Shown: in pieces, positions 16,020 through 23,846 of the stretch
Position numbering within the stretch: the first letter of the stretch is position 1
How the letters are laid out: each line of letters begins with the position of its first letter
Assembly (NCBI GenBank): GCA_013360875.1
Contig: JABWAU010000001.1
Span: 40,835-104,834 of the forward strand
Direction of reading: 5' to 3'
DNA: 64,000 nucleotides
From: Anaerolineales bacterium
GTDB lineage: Bacteria; Chloroflexota; Anaerolineae; Anaerolineales; Villigracilaceae
Notes under the pieces: model-generated
The model's database searches: none
What the model saw: only the letters and a program-made list of their open reading frames with translations
Told to the model about the DNA's origin: nothing
Program-made: the position numbers and the translations under genes

Positions 16020-18475
16020 TGTCCTCCTTCCTCTCCTGGTACATCCTCATCACTTTTCTTGGCTGGCTGACTTTTCCGCTGGCGTACCGTCTCTTCCCCG
16101 CGCTGGCGGATCGCGGCTATACCCTTTCGCGCGCTTTCGGTCTGCTGGTCTGGGGATACGTCTTCTGGCTGTCCGCCTCGTTCGGCATCGCGCAGAACGA
16201 CACGGGCGGATTGTTGTTGGGGCTGGTTGTCCTGGGCGGGCTGAGCGCATGGGCAATCGGAAATCGGAAATTGGAAATTGCAAATTGGGTTGGCGAGAAT
16301 CGCCGCCTCATCTTCACCACCGAACTCCTCTTCCTCCTCGCCTTCGGATTCATGGCAATCTTCCGTTCGGCGAACCCGGAGATTTTCGGCACTGAAAAAC
16401 CGATGGAATTGATGTTCATCAACGGCATCATGAACTCGCCCATGTTCCCGCCGCGTGACCTGTGGCTTTCGGGATATTCGATCTCGTATTACCACTTCGG
16501 CTACGTGATGACCGCCATGCTGGCGAAATTCACCGGTGTTCCCGCCACTATGGCATTCAATCTGATGCTTGCATTGATCTTTGGTCTGGCTGCGGTCGGC
16601 GCGTATGGGGTTCTGTATCACCTGCTTACATTAAGTCGAAAGTCGAAAGTCGAAGGTCAATCTGAAATCGTACATTCCCTTCTTGCCCCCCTCTTCCTCC
16701 TCCTCATCTCCAACGTCGAAGGTTTCCTCGAAGTCCTTCACAGGCGAGGGCTATTCTGGCGGGACGGTTCGAACTTCTGGACGTGGCTCGACATGAAGGA
16801 ATTGAGCCAGGCGCCCGCGCAGCCGCTGGGATGGCTTCCCGACCGCTTCTGGTGGTGGTGGCGCGCTTCGCGCGTGGTGCAGGATTACGACCTGCTGGGG
16901 AATCCGCTCGAGGCGATTGACGAATTCCCGGCGTTTTCGTTTCTGCTCGGCGATTTGCATCCACACGTGCTGGCGATTCCGTTCTTTTTGCTGGCAATCG
17001 CCATCGCGTTGAATTTATTCCTCGGCGGTTTTCGCGGGCGGATCAACCTGCGCGTCGGCGAACTGCGCGTCGGCAAAACGGGATTCTTCCTTGCGGCGTT
17101 CATGCTGGGAGGCATGGCGTTCCTCAACATGTGGGATATCCTGCCGGTCGCGGCGCTGATCGTTTTCAGTTACGCGCTGGCTCGGGTCCACGAAGCAGGC
17201 TGGGGCTGGGAAAGAATCGAGGATATCCTGCTGTTCGGCGTCCCGGTCCTCGTCACAGCCTATATCCTTTATCTGCCGTTCTTCATCGGGTTCGATTCAC
17301 AGGCGGGCGGCATTGTCCCGAATTTCATGTACGTCACGCGCGGCGCGCATTTGTGGGTGATGTGGGGCGCGCTGTTCGTCCCGATCTTCGCGTGGCTGAT
17401 CCATCTGTGGCGCGCGGGAACGCCAGCGCGCTGGAGCAGGGGGGGTGCGATTTCGCTCGGCATCGTGATTCTGCTTTTCACAGCGATGCTGGCGCTCGGT
17501 TTAGCCGCCTACCGGCTGCGCCCGGAAATCGTCCAGCCCCTTCTGGATTCGCAGCAGCGCGATGCAGGCGCGTTTCTTGCAGACAGTTTCGCGCGCCGCT
17601 TCGACCACATCGGAAGTCTGCTCACCCTGCTGGCGTTGTTGATCCCAACCCTCTCATTTTTATTCTCGAACGGCAAACGTCCCGCTGACGAATCCACTTC
17701 CCACTCCCCGCTGCCCACTTTCCATCATCCGCTTTCCACCATCCACTCCCCACCGTCCACTTTTGTCCTTCTGCTCATCGCCCTTGGCGTCCTGCTCATC
17801 CTCGGTCCCGATTTCCTTTACCTTCGGGATAATTTTGGGTACCGCATCAATACCATCTTCAAGTTCTACTATCAGGCTTGGATCCTGTTGAGCCTCGCCG
17901 CCGCCTACGGGACGGCCGTCCTGCTTCGCCGTTTGCGCGGCTCGGCAAATGGCATTTTCAGCGTCATCTTTGTAATTGTTCTGATCGTCGGCTTGACGTA
18001 TCCCGCGCTTGCCTTCCCCAACAAGGCGAATAACTTCAAACCGCCGTTCGGCTTCACCCTCGATGACTTCGACCGCATCCAACGCGAAAACCCCGACGAA
18101 GCCGCCGCCATCCTCTGGCTAAGGTCCGCGCCGGATGGTGTCATTGCAGAAGCGACCGGCAACCCCTATTCCAGTTATGGACGTATTTCGATCTACACGG
18201 GCTTGCCCACCATCCTGGGCTGGGGCAATCACGAAGGCCAATGGCGCGGTTCGGATTTCCAGGGCATCCTTGCCCAGCGCAGGGATGACGTCGAAACCCT
18301 GTACGCCGCGCCCGATTGGCAGACCACACAATCCATCCTCGAGCGTTACAAAGTCCGCTACGTGATTGTGGGATATTTGGAGCGCGCCTCCTATCGCGTC
18401 AATGAAGAGAAGTTCAACAACTTCCTCAAACCCGTCTTCAAGCAGGGCAATGTCACGATCTACGAGGCGCCATAG
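16019..18475 (+). CDS. Chlor_Arch_YYY (DUF2298) polytopic membrane protein, single-module form
   Basis: GTEKPMELMFINGIMNSPMFPPRDLWLSGYSISYYHFGY. C-terminus YTGLPTILGWGNHE is paralogous to the C-terminus of the 1622-aa protein. Confidence 0.75.
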   Translation: MSSFLSWYILITFLGWLTFPLAYRLFPALADRGYTLSRAFGLLVWGYVFWLSASFGIAQNDTGGLLLGLVVLGGLSAWAIGNRKLEIANWVGENRRLIFTTELLFLLAFGFMAIFRSANPEIFGTEKPMELMFINGIMNSPMFPPRDLWLSGYSISYYHFGYVMTAMLAKFTGVPATMAFNLMLALIFGLAAVGAYGVLYHLLTLSRKSKVEGQSEIVHSLLAPLFLLLISNVEGFLEVLHRRGLFWRDGSNFWTWLDMKELSQAPAQPLGWLPDRFWWWWRASRVVQDYDLLGNPLEAIDEFPAFSFLLGDLHPHVLAIPFFLLAIAIALNLFLGGFRGRINLRVGELRVGKTGFFLAAFMLGGMAFLNMWDILPVAALIVFSYALARVHEAGWGWERIEDILLFGVPVLVTAYILYLPFFIGFDSQAGGIVPNFMYVTRGAHLWVMWGALFVPIFAWLIHLWRAGTPARWSRGGAISLGIVILLFTAMLALGLAAYRLRPEIVQPLLDSQQRDAGAFLADSFARRFDHIGSLLTLLALLIPTLSFLFSNGKRPADESTSHSPLPTFHHPLSTIHSPPSTFVLLLIALGVLLILGPDFLYLRDNFGYRINTIFKFYYQAWILLSLAAAYGTAVLLRRLRGSANGIFSVIFVIVLIVGLTYPALAFPNKANNFKPPFGFTLDDFDRIQRENPDEAAAILWLRSAPDGVIAEATGNPYSSYGRISIYTGLPTILGWGNHEGQWRGSDFQGILAQRRDDVETLYAAPDWQTTQSILERYKVRYVIVGYLERASYRVNEEKFNNFLKPVFKQGNVTIYEAP
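16254..16288. repeat. Heptanucleotide array CAATCGG AAATCGG AAATTGG AAATTGC AAATTGG, inside a CDS
   Basis: Read directly. Encodes AIGNRKLEIANW. Confidence 0.75.
16633..16674. repeat. Heptanucleotide array AAGTCGA x3, AGGTCAA, TCTGAAA, TCGTACA, inside a CDS
   Basis: Three perfect AAGTCGA copies. The tail ATCTGAAATCGTA repeats the motif seen at 15999-16012. Encodes SRKSKVEGQSEIVH. Confidence 0.75.
17692..17761. repeat. Heptanucleotide array, 10 units of the NTCCACT type, inside a CDS
   Basis: ATCCACT TCCCACT CCCCGCT GCCCACT TTCCATC ATCCGCT TTCCACC ATCCACT CCCCACC GTCCACT. Encodes STSHSPLPTFHHPLSTIHSPPSTF. Confidence 0.8.
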
Positions 18476-18481
18476 CCAACC

Positions 18482-18602
18482 CGTCATTGCGGGCGGCAGC
18501 GGAACAATCCCCAACATGGTGACGAAGATTGCTTCGGGTTGGGTCTCGATACGGGCGAAAAAAACCGCTTGCCCTACTCGACCGCCAGCCCTCGCAATGA
18601 CG
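18482..18602. mobile_element. MITE-like palindromic element (termini CGTCATTGCG / CGCAATGACG), same family as 10466-10569
   Basis: Identical 10-nt termini and a shared internal GACGAAG(A)TTGCTTCGGG block. Lies between two GT-C genes. Confidence 0.7.
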
Positions 18603-18627
18603 GAGCAATAACAGGTAAAATACCCCC

Positions 18628-20346
18628 ATGAACTCCCTCCGACACAAAAACGAAGGCTGGCTGTACTGGCTGGCTTTCCTGGTCGCCCTCGGATTCCGCC
18701 TCACCCAACTCGGGGCAACTCCCCTTACCGACTCAGAATCACAATTTGCACTACAAGCCCTTCGCATTGCGCGGGGCGAAGACCCCCTTCTCGGACCGCA
18801 GCCCGCCTACATTCTCTTCACCAGCCTCCTCTTCCTCGTCACCGAAGCCGCGAACTTCACGGCGCGCTTCATCCCTGCCATTGTGGGGAGCGCGCTCGTT
18901 TTCGCCCCATACTACTTCCGCGACAGACTTAAAACGCTCCCGGCGTTGATCCTTGCCTTCCTCCTCGCGGTTGATCCCGGTCTCGTCGCCCTCTCGCGTC
19001 AGTCTAGCGGGACGATCCTTGCGCTGACCTTCCTCTTCTTCGCCTGGGGGACGTGGCGGAACGGGCGCGCCGTCCCCGCCGGAATCTTCGCCGCCCTTGC
19101 GCTTCTCTCCGGACCTTCGGTCTGGGCCGGCCTCCTGACGCTTGGACTCACCTTCCTCTTTTTTCGCGGAACGATCAAACCTACAGCGCAAAACACGCTC
19201 CACACTCCACGCAACGCGCTGATCGCTCTTGCCTCCACCCTCCTCCTTGCCGGCACCCTCTTCTTCACCGCCCCGAACGGACTCAGCGCGTTATTCAACT
19301 CGATTCCCGCCTATCTTCGAGGCTGGACCTCCGCCTCCGCCTTCAGCCCGGGACGCGTGCTGTTCGCCTTCCTCGCGTATGAAACGCTGGGCGTCTTCCT
19401 CGCGATCCTCGCATTGATCCGCGGCTTCCGCCTGAAAAGCGGACGCTATATCAAACTGGCTATCTGGCTGGGACTTTCCTTGCTACTCGCCATCTTCTAC
19501 CGCCAAACGACCGAACTGGCATGGGCGATCATTCCCCTGCTCGTTCTCGCCGCGCGGGAACTTTCGCGCGCTTTCGAGATTCATCCCGATGAACGCGTGG
19601 AGGTCGGCGTGGTGACCGGCGCGATCCTGATCCTGCTCGTTTATATCTGGTTCAACATCGCCAACATCGGACTCAACCCCTACGACCAGTTCTCCCCCGC
19701 CGTCCTGCCGTTCCTGGGAAGAGTGATCGAAATGCCGTTCGGTCCGCGCTATGCCATCCTGTTCGGCGCGACGCTTATCCTCGCGCTTTGCGTCGGTCTC
19801 GTTGCATTCGGCTGGTCGCTGCGTACGGCGCGGCTTGGAACGACATGGTCGTTCACCTTGTTCCTCGGCATCTACACGCTTGCCGCCGCCTGGGGCGTGA
19901 GCGGACAGCGCACCCCGAACGGCGTGGAATTATGGAAGCCGGACCAATCACCCCTGCACGCAGACCTGCTCATATCATCGGTGAATGACATCTCCCTGTT
20001 CAGCCGCGGACACATCGAGGCGCAGCCCGTGACCGTGATGGGCGTCAATTCGCCAGCCCTCGAATGGGCGCTGCGGAACCGCGACGTAAAGGTCGTCAAC
20101 GTCCTTAATCCGCTGGATGCGCCGCCCATCGTCGTCACATCGTTGATGAACGAGTTGGGTCTGCCCTCCGCCTATCGCGGGCAGGATTTCACCTGGAGAC
20201 AGCCTCCAGCGTGGAACACGATCCAAACGCCGGACTGGTTTCGCTGGCTGGTCTATCGCCAGTTGCCGCGCGAAACCGAGACGATCGTCCTCTGGGCGCG
20301 CGACGATTTATTCCCCGACGCGCGCGAGGACGCAGGACAGCCTTGA
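18628..20346 (+). CDS. Polytopic membrane protein with GT-C-like N-terminus, possibly the family that co-occurs with YYY proteins
   Basis: WLYWLAFLVALGFRLTQLGATPLTDSESQFALQALRIARG, then about 12 helices and a soluble C-terminus. Assignment tentative. Confidence 0.45.
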   Translation: MNSLRHKNEGWLYWLAFLVALGFRLTQLGATPLTDSESQFALQALRIARGEDPLLGPQPAYILFTSLLFLVTEAANFTARFIPAIVGSALVFAPYYFRDRLKTLPALILAFLLAVDPGLVALSRQSSGTILALTFLFFAWGTWRNGRAVPAGIFAALALLSGPSVWAGLLTLGLTFLFFRGTIKPTAQNTLHTPRNALIALASTLLLAGTLFFTAPNGLSALFNSIPAYLRGWTSASAFSPGRVLFAFLAYETLGVFLAILALIRGFRLKSGRYIKLAIWLGLSLLLAIFYRQTTELAWAIIPLLVLAARELSRAFEIHPDERVEVGVVTGAILILLVYIWFNIANIGLNPYDQFSPAVLPFLGRVIEMPFGPRYAILFGATLILALCVGLVAFGWSLRTARLGTTWSFTLFLGIYTLAAAWGVSGQRTPNGVELWKPDQSPLHADLLISSVNDISLFSRGHIEAQPVTVMGVNSPALEWALRNRDVKVVNVLNPLDAPPIVVTSLMNELGLPSAYRGQDFTWRQPPAWNTIQTPDWFRWLVYRQLPRETETIVLWARDDLFPDAREDAGQP

Positions 20347-20361
20347 TGTTATCGCCCGCCT

Positions 20362-20445
20362 GTCATTTCGACGAGCGCGGCGAGGAAAAATCTGATCTTC
20401 GCCAGGAAAAGATTTCTCGTGGCGCGATACGCCACTCGAAATGAC
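20362..20445. mobile_element. MITE-like palindromic element (termini GTCATTTCGA / TCGAAATGAC)
   Basis: Perfect 10-nt terminal inverted repeat, 15 nt after the stop at 20346. Confidence 0.65.
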
Positions 20446-20519
20446 AATTTCAAGGTTTCTGATACACTCTTGAAGCATTGGGCGGGGACCCCGCCCCTAT
20501 GGGATAATTGGAAAAATAA

Positions 20520-21203
20520 ATGACAAACAAACATCCTCCCTCCATCATCGCCATTGACGGTCCCGCCGCGTCGGGCAAGTCCACGCTTGGTTTGAAACTC
20601 GCCAAAGCGCTCGATTATCTCTTTTTCGATACCGGCGTGATGTACCGCGCCGTTACGTGGATCGCGCTGGATCACGACATTGACGTGCATGACGAAGCGA
20701 AGGTCACGGCTCTGGCGGAGGCGACGCCCATTGATGTCGCGCCAGCCTCGAAGTCGGATGGACGCGTCTGCGACGTCCTGGTGGCGGGAAAGGATATCAC
20801 GTGGGAGACGCGCCTCCCCATCGTGGACGCGAACGTGTCGGTCGTCTCCGCCCATCCCGGCGTGCGCGCCGCGTTGAGCAAACAACAGCGGCGCATCGGT
20901 CAGCGCGGGAAGGTCGTGATGGTGGGACGCGATATCGGGACGGTCATCCTGCCCGAGGCGGATCTGAAGATCTACCTCGACGCGACCGCTGCGGAACGCG
21001 CGAAACGCAGGTTCAACGAAATGATCGCGCGCGGCGCAAACGTGAACTACGAGGATGTGCTTGCGAAAGTGCTGGAACGCGACCGCATTGACTCGACCCG
21101 CCACGTGGCTCCGCTCAAGACGGCGGCGGACGCGGTGGTCATCAACTCGAACGATCTCGACGCGGAACAGGTCTTCGAAAAGGTGTTTGCGCTTTGCAAA
21201 TGA
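20520..21203 (+). CDS. cmk: Cytidylate kinase
   Basis: IAIDGPAASGKSTLG P-loop; YLFFDTGVMYRAVT. Confidence 0.9.
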   Translation: MTNKHPPSIIAIDGPAASGKSTLGLKLAKALDYLFFDTGVMYRAVTWIALDHDIDVHDEAKVTALAEATPIDVAPASKSDGRVCDVLVAGKDITWETRLPIVDANVSVVSAHPGVRAALSKQQRRIGQRGKVVMVGRDIGTVILPEADLKIYLDATAAERAKRRFNEMIARGANVNYEDVLAKVLERDRIDSTRHVAPLKTAADAVVINSNDLDAEQVFEKVFALCK

Positions 21204-21889
21204 ACGGCGCGTATCGTGTTCCATTGAGGTTCAGGGTCAGCCGCCCGCTGCTGCGTGCGGCGTTTCGGGGGATTTTCCATATATTGGCAAACGTAAAGAT
21301 CACAGGAAAAGAAAACCTCCCGCACAGCGGCCCATACCTGGCGGCGATGAACCACGTTTCGATCTACGACCCTCCGTTCGCGGCGGCGTTCTGGCCCCAA
21401 CAACTGGAGATCATCGGCGCGTCGGACGTGTTCGACAAGCCCGGTCAGGGGCAGTTGTTGAAAATGTACGGCGTAATCCCCGTGCATCGCGGCGATTACG
21501 ACCGCGCGTTGTTCGCGCGCATTATCGCCATTCTCAACGCCGGGTTCCCATTATTGATGGCTCCCGAGGGAGGACGTTCGCACGTGACGGCCATGCGGCG
21601 CGCCATGCCCGGCGTGGCATACATCGTTGAGCAGACGAAAGTTCCGGTCGTTCCGGCGGGGATCGTGGGAACCACCGAGGATTTCTGGCGGCGCGCCCGC
21701 CGCGTGGAGCGTCCCACGCTGGAGATGCGCATCGGCAAACCCATTACGCTCCCCGAGATCTCAGCCAAAGGAAAAGAGAAGCGCGAAGCGCGGCAGGCGA
21801 ACGCGGATTTGGTGATGCGTCACCTTGCCGGGTTGTTGCCCGAGGAATATCGAGGCGTCTATGCACACTCAGCCATCCTCCCCGCCTAA
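21200..21889 (+). CDS. plsC: 1-acyl-sn-glycerol-3-phosphate acyltransferase
   Basis: NHVSIYD (Hx4D) and APEGGRS blocks. ATG 21200 overlaps the cmk stop (ATGA). Confidence 0.8.
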   Translation: MNGAYRVPLRFRVSRPLLRAAFRGIFHILANVKITGKENLPHSGPYLAAMNHVSIYDPPFAAAFWPQQLEIIGASDVFDKPGQGQLLKMYGVIPVHRGDYDRALFARIIAILNAGFPLLMAPEGGRSHVTAMRRAMPGVAYIVEQTKVPVVPAGIVGTTEDFWRRARRVERPTLEMRIGKPITLPEISAKGKEKREARQANADLVMRHLAGLLPEEYRGVYAHSAILPA

Positions 21890-22583
21890 ACCCATCAGCG
21901 ACTGGTGGAGACCGGAATTGGTCTCGCTGCCAAAACTAACCCTGCCCCGCAGGATATTCCGCGTCTTTGCGCGCCGGATGACGAAACTGCTCACGTTCGT
22001 TTTTCTGAAAACCGCCATCCGCGGGATGGAGAACTTCCCAACGCGCGGACCGGCGCTGGTCGTCATCAATCACCTCGGCGACGCGGACGTGGTCTTGCTC
22101 GCGGCATCCGTTCCGGTCATGCTCGACGGAATGGGCAAGATCGAACTGAGCGAACACTGGCTGGTGGGACCTCTCTTCCGCGCCTATGGGATCATCTGGG
22201 TCCATCGCGGCAAACCGGACCGTAAGGCTGTGCGCGCCGTTCTCGAAGGTTTGTCGCAGGGACGGTTTCTCGCGCTCGCGCCGGAGGGGAGGCAATCCCT
22301 GACGGGCGAATTGGAGGAGGGGACGGAGGGCGCGGCGTTCTTCGCATTGAAGTCCGGCGCGCCAATCGTCCCTGTCGCGATGACCGGGACGGAGAACAGC
22401 AACGTCTACGGTCATATGCGGAGGCTCAAGCGCGCACCGGTCACGCTCACCGTGGGAAAACCGTTTTACTTGAAAGAGGAGGGAAACCATCGAAAGGCAT
22501 TGCACGAAGGGACAAAACGGATCATGGAGTCATTGGCGGATTTGCTGCCGGAGGCGTACCGGGGAAAGTACAGGGAGGAATGA
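21861..22583 (+). CDS. Lysophospholipid acyltransferase (second PlsC-like paralogue)
   Basis: NHLGDAD (Hx4D) and APEGRQS. Start is uncertain (21825, 21861 or later). Confidence 0.75.
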   Translation: MHTQPSSPPKPISDWWRPELVSLPKLTLPRRIFRVFARRMTKLLTFVFLKTAIRGMENFPTRGPALVVINHLGDADVVLLAASVPVMLDGMGKIELSEHWLVGPLFRAYGIIWVHRGKPDRKAVRAVLEGLSQGRFLALAPEGRQSLTGELEEGTEGAAFFALKSGAPIVPVAMTGTENSNVYGHMRRLKRAPVTLTVGKPFYLKEEGNHRKALHEGTKRIMESLADLLPEAYRGKYREE

Positions 22584-22600
22584 AGCGGGCAGGGAGGGGA

Positions 22601-22688
22601 AGAGCCGCGCGTCGGAGGTTGTCCGCGCGGTGAAAGAAGGACGCGCCCACTACCGCGTGACGCAACGCGGGAAACCTGGCGCGGCTCT
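22601..22688. repeat. Long-range inverted repeat between convergent genes (AGAGCCGCGC ... GCGCGGCTCT)
   Basis: Perfect 10-bp arms enclosing the CCGCGT-GACGCA-ACGCGG hairpin. No T-tract, so a terminator role is uncertain. Confidence 0.3.
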
Positions 22689-22695
22689 CCCTGAC

Positions 22696-23577
22696 TCAAT
22701 CCAGCCGGATCGCCTCTTCGATATCCTTGCAATCGCCCCAGGTGAATGCGTCAATCCACCCCTCCAGCGTGAAGGTCGTCAGGGATACGGCATCTTCCTC
22801 CCTGAATTCGTACGTGTTCGCACCGACTTTAAATGATATTGATTCGCCGTTTTTGCCGATCGTCCTCATCGTTCCCGGTTCGAAAATAATGGTGTAGGTT
22901 TCCTCTTTCGAAAAGGATTGAACGCGGGAGCCGTCCTCCAATTTGTAATAACAATCTCCCGCGACCTGCTCTCCTTCGACCCTATAGGTGTGCTGACCGC
23001 AATTGGCGGCTTCCTCGGGAGTGAGCGCCGGGTCGTCACAGCCGGTAATCTCATTTGGGATCACAGGCGTTTGGGTGGCTTCGGTAACCTCTACGGTTGG
23101 GATGACTTCAACCCGGTTTATCGTATTACCCGTATCAATATCAACCCGATGGATCACGCAGTAATGACCGGCGTAGAATCCATAATTGACACCGGTGATC
23201 GCCAGATAACTCGCGTCAGTTTTATCAAGTTCGGTCAGCATCCTGGGATTTAGGTCTGGAGCAAGACGGCACCTGGTTATGACAAAATCAATCCAGACCT
23301 CGCCGTTTTCTTCAACTATCCTGGGATCGCCAGATTGTATGGCGCTGATGGGTATCATCGAATCTTCAAAAGGTTCTGCGCTGCGCAATTTGTAAGCGTC
23401 GGGCGATCCGCCGGGGGGAGTCCAGTCCTGTTCGGTGGGAACCCACGATGAAGACTGCCCATACCAGCCCGTACTGGGAGTGGCTGTAAGGGTGGGAATG
23501 GGGGTGGCGGTTGCGGTCATTGCGGAACTGCACGACGCCGTGAATACCAGCAATAATAAAAGCGCGACGTATTTCAT
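22696..23577 (-). CDS. Hypothetical lipoprotein
   Basis: MKYVALLLLLVFTASCSS lipobox-like signal, a Thr/Pro linker, and GGAG upstream of ATG 23577. Confidence 0.5.
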   Translation of the reverse strand: MKYVALLLLLVFTASCSSAMTATATPIPTLTATPSTGWYGQSSSWVPTEQDWTPPGGSPDAYKLRSAEPFEDSMIPISAIQSGDPRIVEENGEVWIDFVITRCRLAPDLNPRMLTELDKTDASYLAITGVNYGFYAGHYCVIHRVDIDTGNTINRVEVIPTVEVTEATQTPVIPNEITGCDDPALTPEEAANCGQHTYRVEGEQVAGDCYYKLEDGSRVQSFSKEETYTIIFEPGTMRTIGKNGESISFKVGANTYEFREEDAVSLTTFTLEGWIDAFTWGDCKDIEEAIRLD

Positions 23578-23833
23578 TGTGGCAATCTCCATTGAAAGGT
23601 TTGGATATGGAAGTCCCAGAACGCCTATTTGGACAAACCTTGTGCATTATAAACGAACATGGCGGACGCAGAGTTCCGAGGTGCAATATTTCCGGCAATC
23701 CATGACACCCTTCGGGGTTGGCGTAAAACTTGCGAATTCCATAACCCTCCCACTCCTTCGGAGTTCATCCGTGCAACGCCAGTTGCAAGCGCGCCCGCGT
23801 TTATGTTCAAAAGCGCGGGCATCAAATTGGGGC

Positions 23834-23839
23834 TATAAT
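23834..23839 (+). promoter_or_regulatory. TATAAT -10 box; predicts a leaderless kinase mRNA
   Basis: TCAAATTGGGGCTATAAT. ATG 23847 begins 8 nt after the box and no SD is present. Confidence 0.4.
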
Positions 23840-23846
23840 TTCCTCC

